The notes below the pieces were generated by a model. It ran no database searches and had not been told where the DNA came from. It saw only the letters and a program-made list of their open reading frames with translations. A stretch of 58,083 bases of DNA, the filler included, from Piptocephalis cylindrospora (lineage: Eukaryota), in NCBI GenBank assembly GCA_003614145.1. It is 4 parts of 4 records of this genome, joined end to end, with 100 filler letters (N's around TTAATTAATTAA, not from the genome) between each part and the next. Parts side by side here need not be neighbours in the genome. Positions count along the whole stretch, not along the records: positions 1 to 14,505 come from KZ987917.1; positions 14,606 to 29,077 come from KZ987918.1; 2 more parts are not named here. One strand, 5' to 3'. The position numbers were made by a program, and so were the translations under genes. Shown here in pieces: positions 13,517-23,844 of the stretch (position 1 is the stretch's first letter; each line of letters starts with the position of its first letter).

Positions 13517-14142
13517 CTCTCAACTAGTTTGAAATCGTTAATCACCGAATGAGGGGCACAGAACGCAATCTTGCAGTATTAGCCTTCGTTCAAAGGCCTA
13601 GTTCGTTTATATAAATATGTTTCATCTCAATAAATCGCCCTATACTGTTCTAATGAAGTTCGTAGGGGGGTGGATGACTCAGTGGTTGAGGGGTTACCAT
13701 CCTACCCAACATCACGGATTCAATCATTCCCGGGAACCCTACATCACAGCCATCTCTCTTTCTGACCTCCTAGCTTTGATTTTCAAGCTTTGACTTCAAA
13801 AACCTTTCACTTTATCAGCCCACCTGCCAGAGTTAGCGTTGCTGTCTGCGGGGATTCCTTTCGCTCTGAATGTGTGTTGCAAAAAGCTATGCGATACGCT
13901 ATCCTCTTCTCTCTCTCTAATGGAGTTTGTAGGCAGAGTATGGATCGCCCTTGATCGTCCCCTTTCAGTGCGTCGGGGTCCATGACACTGTCAGGATCAG
14001 TGTGGGGAGCATCCGTCACTGAACCCCTTGGTGGTCTAGGGGAGGAGAAAAGCCGTTCAAAGTTAGGATCCCCTTGTTGCTCTTTCTCCACCTTGCTTCC
14101 CTTTATTTCCAGCCTCTTCCTCCCTCTTCTCTCAAGATTAGA

Positions 14143-14364
14143 ATGCCAGAGGAAGAAGACGAAGGAATACATTCAGCAACTTGGCTGCAAGATCGACTAG
14201 AGGAGGCAAGGGGAAAGTTTGGCCAGGCCAGCTTCTCGGAGGACATTTGCCTCTCCATCCTCCTTTGCCTTTTGACCACAAGAACATCAGGTGCACCCAC
14301 CAATTTACTTCTTTTGGCTGAGGAATCCAAGTACATTCCCGTGCTTGCGCTTCAAGCCGCTAAT
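14143..14364 (+). CDS. Orphan first exon, probably the N-terminus of the 11562-13516 gene
   Basis: ATG...FSEDICLSILLCLL...NLLLLAEE...LALQAAN followed by a perfect GTAAGT donor at 14365. The contig end downstream is a degraded copy of the start of the minus-strand exon at 13516. Confidence 0.6.
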
Positions 14365-14505
14365 GTAAGTGGATAGGGGGGGGGGGGGGGGGGGGGGGGG
14401 GGATATTCATACACCCCCTCCCCTTCAACCACACTTCTACTCATAATAAACGAAGAGAACAAAAATTTTTTCATACGGCACAGATCGAAAGCAGCTTGGC
14501 TTTTT

Positions 14506-14605
14506 NNNNNNNNNNNNNNNNNNNNNNNNNNNNNNNNNNNNNNNNNNNNTTAATTAATTAANNNNNNNNNNNNNNNNNNNNNNNNNNNNNNNNNNNNNNN
14601 NNNNN
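14506..14605. other. Artificial scaffold spacer
   Basis: 44 N + TTAATTAATTAA (stops in all six frames) + 44 N. Confidence 0.97.
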
Positions 14606-14657
14606 ATCCTCATCTTCATCCCTCTCTCCTCCTCTTATCACCAAAGCTTTTGCAACC

Positions 14658-15667
14658 ATGAATCACTCCATCTCCTCAACCCCGGCGTATGAGCAATCTA
14701 ACTACATGCCCACATACTCTGTCCCCAAGGAGACTGGGCCCTCTACGGCCTCCCAGCCCCTGGCCCATACCCAGTAAGAGCTGATCCTTGCTTGCTTGTA
14801 GCCAACTTTCCTGATGGCTGATTTGTCCTCTTCCCCCTTCTATAGGCAGCCATTGGTGACTGGAACGTCTGTCCTGGGGATCAAGTACAAGGATGGGGTC
14901 ATGATGGCAGCCGATTGTCTTGGTAGGTTTAGAGCTTGCTTTATGCTATTCTCCTTCCTACCTGATCCTACAGTGCCCTCAAATAGCGTCCTATGGATCT
15001 TTGGCTAGATTCAGGGACGTGGAAAGGCTCTTTGAGGTCACGAATTCGACCCTGATTGGAACCTCTGGGGACATTTCGGACTTGCAGTACATTAAGCGAC
15101 AGCTCGAGCGTCTAATCATCCGGGAGGAATCGAATGGGGATGGTCATTCCCTAGGGACACCTCAGATCTACGAGTATCTGTGCCAGGTGATGTACGGACG
15201 TCGGTCTAAGATGAATCCTCTGTGGAATTCACACGTGGTGGGTGGAATGGATGAGGCTGGGAAGCCTTTCCTTGGGTTTGTCAACCTTCAGGGCACAACC
15301 TATCAGTCTACCACCATTGCCACAGGTTTTGGTGCTCACCTTGCCCAGCCCATCCTTCGCAAGGCCGTGGAGGGAAGGGAGCACCTTGTGACCGAGGAGG
15401 AGGCCCGTAAGCTGCTGGAGGATTGCATGCGTGTCCTCTTTTACCGAGATGCTCGATCCATGAACAAGGTAAGAGGAATGGGGAAGAGAGGGAAGAGAGG
15501 GAAGGTGATGGGACGAGGCGTGTCTCACACTCCTATGCGTCACATACAATTAGTTCCAAAGAGCCACGATCACATCTCAAGGTGTGACAATCACAGAGCC
15601 TTATGGGATCGAGACGGAATGGGCATTTGCCGAAGGCATTCGTGGATACGGAGCTCATCAGGATTGA
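14658..15667 (+). CDS. PRE4: 20S proteasome beta-7 subunit
   Basis: [37 protein letters not shown]...MYGRRSKMNPLWN...ATGFGAHLAQPILR...RVLFYRDARS...WAFAEGIRGYG. Introns at 14774-14845, 14923-14986 and 15469-15553. Confidence 0.96.
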
Positions 15668-16167
15668 GAGGGAGATGATTGTCATGTGTGAGGAGGATGG
15701 GATGGACATGGTGTAGCCACCGTGGCTGGCGGCTTAGGCTAGGTGACAAGGCAATAAAGTCGTGTGTGTTTCTGCGCAGTACCCTTCCCCCCCTCCCCCC
15801 CTTATGGGTGCTTTCCTATAAATGATCCATTCCATTTCTATCGTCTCTGTTCCTTCCATTCCTCACATCCATGGGATGTGTTTTCTTGTGAATAATTCAT
15901 CTCTATCGTATCTACCTCCTTGCACGCCTCCACCCACCCTCCTCCCCTCTCCTCCCCTCCCCTCCCCTCCTTTTCCCCCATTCCCACACACAAAGAGAGT
16001 AGTGAGGACCGGCAGAAACAACGAACCGAAAACAATGGATAAAAGAGGGGGGAAAAAAGAAAAGAAAAAAAGAGTAGGAAGAATACGGCCAACATGCCCC
16101 CGGCATCTCATTTCATGTCATATCACCTCTCCTCTCGTTCCAGTCCATCGTGTAGGTGCCGTCGAGA

Positions 16168-18144
16168 TCACATGATCGGAGGATGAACCTCAAATCCGGT
16201 GATCTGGGGAAGGTAGGCTGAAGCGGAGAGTTCCAGGATCCACATTTCATCAAAGACGGTCTGACCATCATAGCCTCCATGAAGGAAGATGCGGGAGTCG
16301 TAGAGGAGGACCGAGTGGTAGCCTCTACCGGAAGGGGTCCTTCCATAGACCTTCCTAGTCTCCCAGGTCATGGTGACGAGGTTGAGGAGAAGGACCTCGG
16401 AGGAGTACTGGGTGCCATCGTGACCACCGATGATGAAGAGGTAGGAGCCTACGAGGATAGCAGTATGGCTGAGACGGGGGATGACCTGGTCGAGAGCCAC
16501 ATTGCTCCAGACCCGGGTGTTGAGGTCGAGGATGTGACAATCGGAGAAGCACTCATGACCATCGGAGCCGCCATAGACAATGAGCTTACTACCGACAAGA
16601 GTGGAGGTATGGTACCCACGGGAGATGGGGGGGGGTACCCTCCACATCCATCTTTGTCCATGCCAGGGCTGAGAGGTCAGCTGTGATGCAGAGAGGGGAG
16701 AGGAGAGGTGAGCAGGGTGTGGTGATGGTATCTCTTGGATGAGATGGTGCAGGGAGAATCAAGACTCACAGGTGTCCAGACGGTAAACAGCATTTAGGGC
16801 CCTGGCCCCATCGCCCCCGCCAAAGAGATAGATGGAACGGTTGTAGAGACAGGTAGTGTGGGCCCTTCGGGGTCCGGGGACCTGACCAACCTGATGAGCA
16901 CGGGTCCAAACCAGGGTTTCGGTGTCGAGGATGTGGAGGTCGTTGAAATAGTTGGGTCCATCGCCCCCGCCAAAGACGTAGATGTGATTATCGAGAAGGG
17001 TAGCGGAGTGAGCACGTCTGGGTGCGGGGATGTCGCCGTAAGTGGGGGGGTTGGACCAGTACAGGGTGTCGGCGTCGAAGAGATATAGCTCGTTGAAGCA
17101 GGTCCGGGCATCACACCCCCCAAAGACAAAGAAGGTCTCACCGACCAGATTGATGGTATGGGCCCTTAGGGCTTTGGGAGGACGGGTACCGTAAGTGGTA
17201 GCCCTACTCCAGAACATGGCGGGGACAGGGGCTGGGGGATCGAGGGCGTCAAAGACACCCAGACCGGCCCTTTCCATGATGATGCGCCTCCTTCGCTCCT
17301 CATCCCCTTCCTCCCCTTCGGCGCCTAGGGCCTCCTCGTCCACACTGGCCACGGAGCTCGAGGGTTTATGGACGATGAGGGTGGTGGGTTGCTGAGATTG
17401 TGAGTGATGATGAGAAGAGGAGGAGTGATGATGGGCATGGTGCTGCCTTCGTAGATCCTTCCAGGAGGTCCTTCGACTGGAGGAGAGACCCGAGGAGGAG
17501 GATGTGGAGGAGGATGTGTTGGTGGAGATGGCCGAGGAGCCCGATCCAGCGCTGCCCACGACGACCGAGGTGGGTGCTGATCCGTGCATGCTTGCTCCAT
17601 CCTGGGCCGGGGAGGGGGAAGCGCTGATGGGGAGGGAGGAAAGGCTCTCCCCGGTGACGCGTCGATATGGACCTGTGGTGGTATTGGAGGGATGACCGGC
17701 TGAGATGGTTGTATTCCCTGCTACGGCTTGGATGCCGTATTGGTCTAGGGAGGTGGAGGGGGAGGTGAGGGAGAGGGGAGGGGAGGGAATTGGGATGGAT
17801 CCTGGGTTGGGGGAGGAGCTGGATCCCCCACCTGGATTATTTTTCCCATGAGAGGATTGAAGGTTGGATGAAGAGGAAGAGGCGGTGGAGGAGGATGGGG
17901 TGGTAAAAGCAGTTTGCTGCAGATGTTGTGGAGGAGGATGGGTCGGAGGGGGAGGGGGATGGTGGTAGAGGTGTGGGGGTAGGGAGGAGGAGGAGGATGA
18001 GGAGGAGGAAGAGGAGGAGGAGTGGTGGTGATGGTGGTGGTGAGACTGTTGCTGTTGTTGCTGAGAGGAGGAAGAGGAGGAGCTGGTGGTGCCCAATGAT
18101 CGAAGGGGTGAGGACGTGGTGTCCGAGGTAGGACCTGGTTGCAT
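16168..18144 (-). CDS. Kelch-repeat beta-propeller protein with a Ser/His/Pro-rich N-terminus (apparent frameshift in a G9 run)
   Basis: Six kelch repeats (RAH/GYH...FGG.DG...ND/EL..LD...W). Intron at 16769-16681. One extra base in the homopolymer at 16627-16635. Confidence 0.88.
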
Positions 18145-20251
18145 GTTTCCTAGGATGTGTATCCTCCTACCTAGTGGGGAGAGCTGGCGTGTCTAGTAGG
18201 GACGGGGGAGGAGGAGGGTGAGGTTGACACAGAAGCGGTTATAGGGAGACGAACGAGACTAAGGGAAGAAGGGTCGACAGGGGGGCTTGAGTGCCGGGAA
18301 TAGTGGGGGTCAAAGAGAAGGAGGGAGAGACCTTGTCCGCTGGGGGAAGAATGGGTGCCACGAACAAAAAAACACTAAAGAAAGAGAAGAAAGAAGGTAC
18401 GGGGATGGGGATGGGAATGGGGATGGAGATGGGGGATGAGGGGTGGAGGGGAATGTGAGGGGGGGAGGGCAGAAAGACTAAGGCTTTAGGAGGTGGAGGG
18501 GAAAGAGGAAGGGAAGAAGCCCTGTAAAAGGCAGGTTGGACCAAGGGATTCGGCCAAGCGGGTGAGTTAAGGGAAGATCTGACTGATGGATGGGGGAAGG
18601 GAGAGGAGGGGTTCGGGCAGTAGGCCTTGGCCTTAACTACTACTACTACTAGATGTCTTGCTGGGCTTGGCTGGGTTGAACAACGGGGTATGGAGAGGGA
18701 TGAGTGACAGGTCTTGTCTAGTGTGTGCGTGCGCACATAGAGGAGGAGGCGTAAGAGCTGTGAAAAGAGCATCCCACTGGTCTGGTTCGGTCTGGTCTGG
18801 TCTGGGTTGTGTAGAGGGGTTCTAAAATGTGGGGGCAGTCCTTGTCTCTCCCACTCGTTACTCACTCATTCACTCACTCACGCTCACTCACACATACTTA
18901 CTCATGCCCTTCTCACACTCAGTATATCCAAGACATTGCCTAGTAGCAACTTGCAGCACATAAAGTATGTGAGTGTGTGTGCATGCTAGAGAGACAGTGG
19001 GAGAGAGAAAGGCGGAGAGGTTTGGTTGAAATGATACACTCTGGATCGATGGTTTCAGCCCCAGCAGGGAGCCGACCTCGAGACCGAGTGTGGGAGGAGG
19101 GCAAGGTAGGGAGGGGGCACTTTAAATCTCTGCTGCTTATGCTGACTGGTTCTTGCTCTCTCCCCTTCCTTACCAAGTGAGATGAGGTGATGTGTGTATG
19201 CGGAGGATCTGACCTTCCCCCTTTCCAAGCACAATGACTGCTCGACATGCTGGACTGGGAGGAGGGGGGAGAGGGAGCGACTGGCCCCTCCCCTCTCCCT
19301 GTATCCCCTCCTTATCCATCGCGTGGCTTGGCTAGGCCATCGAGTGAGGAATGGGCATGAGCAAAGGAGTAAGGGCCAAGGTTGACGGACAATCCTGCTG
19401 CGGGGATAAGAGTGCCTTGCACACCAATAGGAGGATGTCCAGGAGAGGACCCTGAGCGGGGCAGTATAGTCTTGAGCCACTCAATAAGTTCAATGTGGGT
19501 TGGTATGGCTGGTCTTCGACTCGCTCATGCTGTGAGGTGGTGCATAAAGCGAGATCCTTGTCCCCCGCACTTTAGATCTTAGGTGAGACAGGCTCATCGG
19601 AGGAGGAAGGGAAGGGGGTATGATGGGTGATGAGGAACATGCGTGTGTGGGGAGGCGGGAGGAGAGGAGAGGCGACAGGGATGGGTGGGATGGGCGGGAT
19701 GGGGGGGGGGGATTGCTGTCCCTCCCCTCTCCCACCGCCCACCTACTTCTCCCTCTCCTCCCATGCCATCCCCTCCATCATTCAGATCTCCCACAAAGAG
19801 AAAACAGACTGCTTCATGTCTCATAAGACATGCATCATTTGGTTCATATTTAAAGAAAATACCCGACGACCGACAACGACAACACAGCACGGCACGGTTT
19901 CATGTGGCCACTCCCTTACCCGATATGGAAAAAGCTTGACTCACATGCCCCCTCTCTCTCCCCCATAGGTGTGTGGTCATGCTACCACCCCTCACATGCC
20001 ACCCTCATTTCCTCATGATTACTCGTAGGAACAAGCGCACAAATAAGTTAAACCGTCACGTCCCCTTCTTTCAACGGTCATGACCCCAAATCCCGCTTCT
20101 CATATGAGACACGTCCCCATAGGTTATAGGCTTTTATCCACGTATTTAAAAAGGGCTGCCTCCCCTCCCCCTTCCCTACCCTCCCCTTCCCTAGCTCTCT
20201 CCCCTTTCCCTCCCATCCCCCACATCCCTCAACTCCTTTGACCTCTTCCCC

Positions 20252-21055
20252 ATGAACTCCCCAAACGGTAAAGATCTACTCGAGTGGTCCACCCTGCTCT
20301 TCTCGGTCCTCTTGGGCATCGCGGGATCCGCTTCATCCATCTCCATCGTCGTCTTACTTCTCACAAGCCATGCTGCCTTGTGGTCCCATTTTGTACTGTG
20401 GGCCTTGCTGGCCCTGGCCCTTGGGGCCCTCCTTACCTCCATTCTGGGGTGTGGTGCAGCAGTGAGCGGGAATCTCTCCCTAAGGACCATGTACGTTTTT
20501 GCCCTCCTCCTCCTCATCGTCCCCCAACTTCTCTTTTCCACCATGGCCGTGACTCGGACGGAAAGCATCGAGAGGCTCCTCGAGACCAACTGGCAATACG
20601 CCTATGATCATCACCCCGATTACCTCATCCACATCGAGGAATACTACAAATGCTGCGGCTTCCATCACATCACCGACCGTCCCGTGGCCACACCCCACTC
20701 GGACATCTGTCCTGCCATCTCTCCCCTTTCCCTCACCACCCTTCCCTGTCTTGATGTCCTCGCCGATGCCTGGAAGCATGATCACTCCCCCCTTCTCGGC
20801 GGCTTTGGATTTACCCTTGTCGTCCTCCAGCTGATGGCCCTAGGCACCACCATGGCCCTCCGTCGGCGTGACATTGCCGAACAAGAGGATCTCGAGAATC
20901 GCTCCCTCATCGCTAGTGAGCAAGATCGCCTTCTCGCCAACCCCAACCATCCCTCTGAGCGGGTCTTTGGCGTAGAGCATCTCGATGGAGGAGGTGGAGG
21001 AGGGACACTAGGAGAGGATGGAGTAGTCAGGAGAAATGCTGATGATGCCACGTAG
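20252..21055 (+). CDS. Tetraspanin-family protein
   Basis: Three N-terminal TMs, LGCGAA motif, large extracellular loop with YKCCGF plus two further Cys (..DICP..LPCL..), and a fourth TM. TATTTAAA at 20143-20150. Confidence 0.85.
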   Translation: MNSPNGKDLLEWSTLLFSVLLGIAGSASSISIVVLLLTSHAALWSHFVLWALLALALGALLTSILGCGAAVSGNLSLRTMYVFALLLLIVPQLLFSTMAVTRTESIERLLETNWQYAYDHHPDYLIHIEEYYKCCGFHHITDRPVATPHSDICPAISPLSLTTLPCLDVLADAWKHDHSPLLGGFGFTLVVLQLMALGTTMALRRRDIAEQEDLENRSLIASEQDRLLANPNHPSERVFGVEHLDGGGGGGTLGEDGVVRRNADDAT

Positions 21056-23026
21056 TACTTACTGCTCTGTGTCTGACGGACGGACGTGTCAGCTCCCCTG
21101 TCACGTGTCTATGAATAGAGGCCCTTTTGAACACTGGTAGTAGCCATCTATGTTTTTCCCTCTTCTCGCTTGATCATCCTCTACTTCTGCTCTCATCCCA
21201 TCTTAAGGGCCTGGCTATCCACATACGCGAATTTCCCTACAGTTGCACGCGAGTCGGTTCTTCATTGTGTCAGAGTGGAGCGGAGGCTATGTTTGGCGCG
21301 GGGAGTTAGACCGGGGCAAACGGAGGGCCAACAGACCGATGAACGAATCGCCCCCATGGCGCTTTGACCTCTTGGTCCGAGGTGGGAAGTATCTCTTTGC
21401 CGCTCATCCAGGAACTGCTTGTATAAAGGAGGCTTGTCGCTCCTCGTCACTCTCGTGTACTCACTGTGATCATCGGCTATGATTTTTTGGTTGCTGAGTG
21501 CAGCCCACAATCTTTCCCTCCTCTCCTTCCACTTACCTTGACACGCGACCATCATGGCCGTAAGAGATTCTGTCCCATCTTTTTTTAAACGACATTTCCT
21601 TTCAAGCTGCCATGTTCTAACTTGTCCAAGTACATCTCCTCTTCTTGGTTTGACTCGCCTTCATCACGGTGCATCCCTCTCCCGGTGGGTTCTGCTGAAA
21701 GCCGGATTGGAAATCATCCCAGCCGATCAGCCCTTCATCCTCTTTGCTGCCCAGCCAAACAAGCCGTTCTGCCCATTGCGCCTCTAACTCAATAGGCATG
21801 GCCAGGACAAGAAGGATGTCTTCTAGGGTGGTCGTCACACTCATCGCCATTCATGTCTTGGACACGGCGCTTCGACTAGTCCATCTGAGGGTTGGTTTAG
21901 ACGCGGAGATTCAAGAAAAAAATGGCACAGCATGCGGATAAACAGGCCAACGTCAAGATGAATCGTGATGCTCGGAGGTGGCCCGCCAATCTTCACTTGC
22001 TCCGTCTATCCTGGATCTGGTTCTCGCTGAGTCCCCATTGCATCAATGACTACGACACTGTTGTCCGGCACGGAAATTCCCGGGAGAGCGTGGCCCATGC
22101 TCATCTGGATGATTTGGCTGATGCTCTTCTCCCTTGGCTAAATCCCCTTCCAGTCAGTCTTGATTATCATCCATTGCAACATTCTCTCGATCTGCATGAA
22201 GGCCTTTTCCAGTTGAGGCAGGAATACGGTCCAACGTCGTAATCCACATAGTGTGAATGAGTCCCTGGTTCTGCTTGCCTATGGCTCGGCAAAGCATACT
22301 GGCTCCTCTCTTCTTTCCCCTGGTCACACGTCATCTTTCGGCTCCAAGAGTGTCTCGCCTATCTTCATAAAGACCTTGTGTCTCTTCCAATCGTCTAGGT
22401 AGTCCTAGGATCAGCTCATTTTTGGACCATGCCACGGCTTCCTGCTTTTCTTCCTTACGTCTTTTCCATGGTCCCATCCATGCTTGCTTACCTCTCCGAC
22501 AAAAATAGCCCCGACTTTGCCTTTCTCACACGCAGTCTCCCTCCTCAATGGGGAAAAAGGAAATTGCCACACCCAACTCACCACTACATCCGCAAAACGC
22601 CCCATAATAGATGCCTCTCTCCGGCCCAACACATCCCCGTTAAAAGTCCGCATCATTGGTCAGGGTATATAAAAAAGTGGACTTCCCGGTCTTCTCTGAG
22701 GAGAGATGCCCCGCATCTACCCATCATCCTTTGCCTCAATGCAATGCTGCCTCTCCTTGGCGGTCCCTAAATGCTCTTCTCAGCACCGCTGCTGTCTACC
22801 CAACTCCGACTTGTCCCCTCTCCCATTTTCCTCATCCACCCAAACATTCCCTTTCATCCCAACCCCGTGTGTATTTAATCTGGACCCCTCTTTCCCTCAT
22901 TCATCCCTATCCTATCTTGTCCCATCCTATCCCATCCCATCTCATCTCATCTCATCCCGTCCCATCCTTTTCCTTCCATTTTCTTTCTTCCTTCTCTACC
23001 TCTCACCTTCCCCGCTTGCACCCCAC

Positions 23027-23539
23027 ATGTACTCATTCACCCTCCTTGCTACCCCTCTCGTCGCTCTCCTGGCCGCCTCCCAGGCCGCCGCTGACTTGAC
23101 CTTCACTTCTCCCTCCCAGTCCCAGTATGCCATTCAGAACTCCTCCCTCAAGGTCACCTGGACCTACTCCGACCCCGTCCCCGCCCGCATCTCCCTAAAG
23201 CTCTACAATGTCAACAATGTTCCCTTCCAGGGCAAACTCGCCATCGGTATTGTCTCTCCCTCCGATAAGAATTTTACCTACAACAAACTGAGTGACTCCT
23301 GGACCGGTGATGGTTGGGTCATCCTGGCTGAAGATGCCAACTCCACTGCCAATGCCACCGCATACGGCTCCCAATCCTTTTCCATCAAGCCCATCGGTAC
23401 CGATCCTCCCGCTGTCGATTCGACCTCCTCCAATGGCGATTCCAAGTCCTCCAGTGCATCATCCTCCTTCCCCATTACCCACTCCATCCTTGCACTTGCC
23501 TCTGGTTCTCTCCTTGCTTCCATGGCCCTTGTCTTTTAG
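23027..23539 (+). CDS. Secreted GPI-anchored Ser/Thr-rich protein (Kre9/Knh1-type Ig-like N-terminal domain)
   Basis: Signal peptide MYSFTLLATPLVALLAASQAAA, FTSP...VTW...ISLKL...SQSFSI pattern, Ser-rich linker and hydrophobic C-terminus. TATATAAA at 22666-22673. Confidence 0.85.
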   Translation: MYSFTLLATPLVALLAASQAAADLTFTSPSQSQYAIQNSSLKVTWTYSDPVPARISLKLYNVNNVPFQGKLAIGIVSPSDKNFTYNKLSDSWTGDGWVILAEDANSTANATAYGSQSFSIKPIGTDPPAVDSTSSNGDSKSSSASSSFPITHSILALASGSLLASMALVF

Positions 23540-23844
23540 GAAAGAGAAAGAACGGATCTGCTTTCTTTGCCTCTAGAAGAGGGAGAGGGGAGAGGTGTAC
23601 ATCTCCTTTTCCGTCCCTGTCACTCACTTTTCCCGGTTCGATACACCCTTATTCACCCTGTTTCCCCGTACACTCTTACCATCCCCTCTGAGTCAGTAGC
23701 CCACCCCATACCAGGGAGTCAGGCACACACATCCATACATGCTAGTAAGCATATTCATTCATACATCCTAGCAAACACACCCATCCGTACATCTAGCAAA
23801 AACAGCCATCCGTACATCCTAACAAACACACATCGTCCCTACCT

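Noticed and set aside
13670..13700. GGATGACTCAGTGGTTGAGG resembling the 5' end of tRNA-Sec
   Set aside because: No TCA anticodon arm, T arm or acceptor stem follows.
14550..14561. TTAATTAATTAA palindrome inside N runs (also 29122-29133 and 43649-43660)
   Set aside because: Identical, centred in 100-nt N spacers and giving stops in all six frames, so it is an artificial contig linker rather than biology.
18239..19968. Many overlapping Pro/Ser- or Gly/Arg-rich ORFs
   Set aside because: Explained by purine/pyrimidine-skewed low-complexity intergenic DNA and microsatellites in the kelch/tetraspanin divergent promoter.
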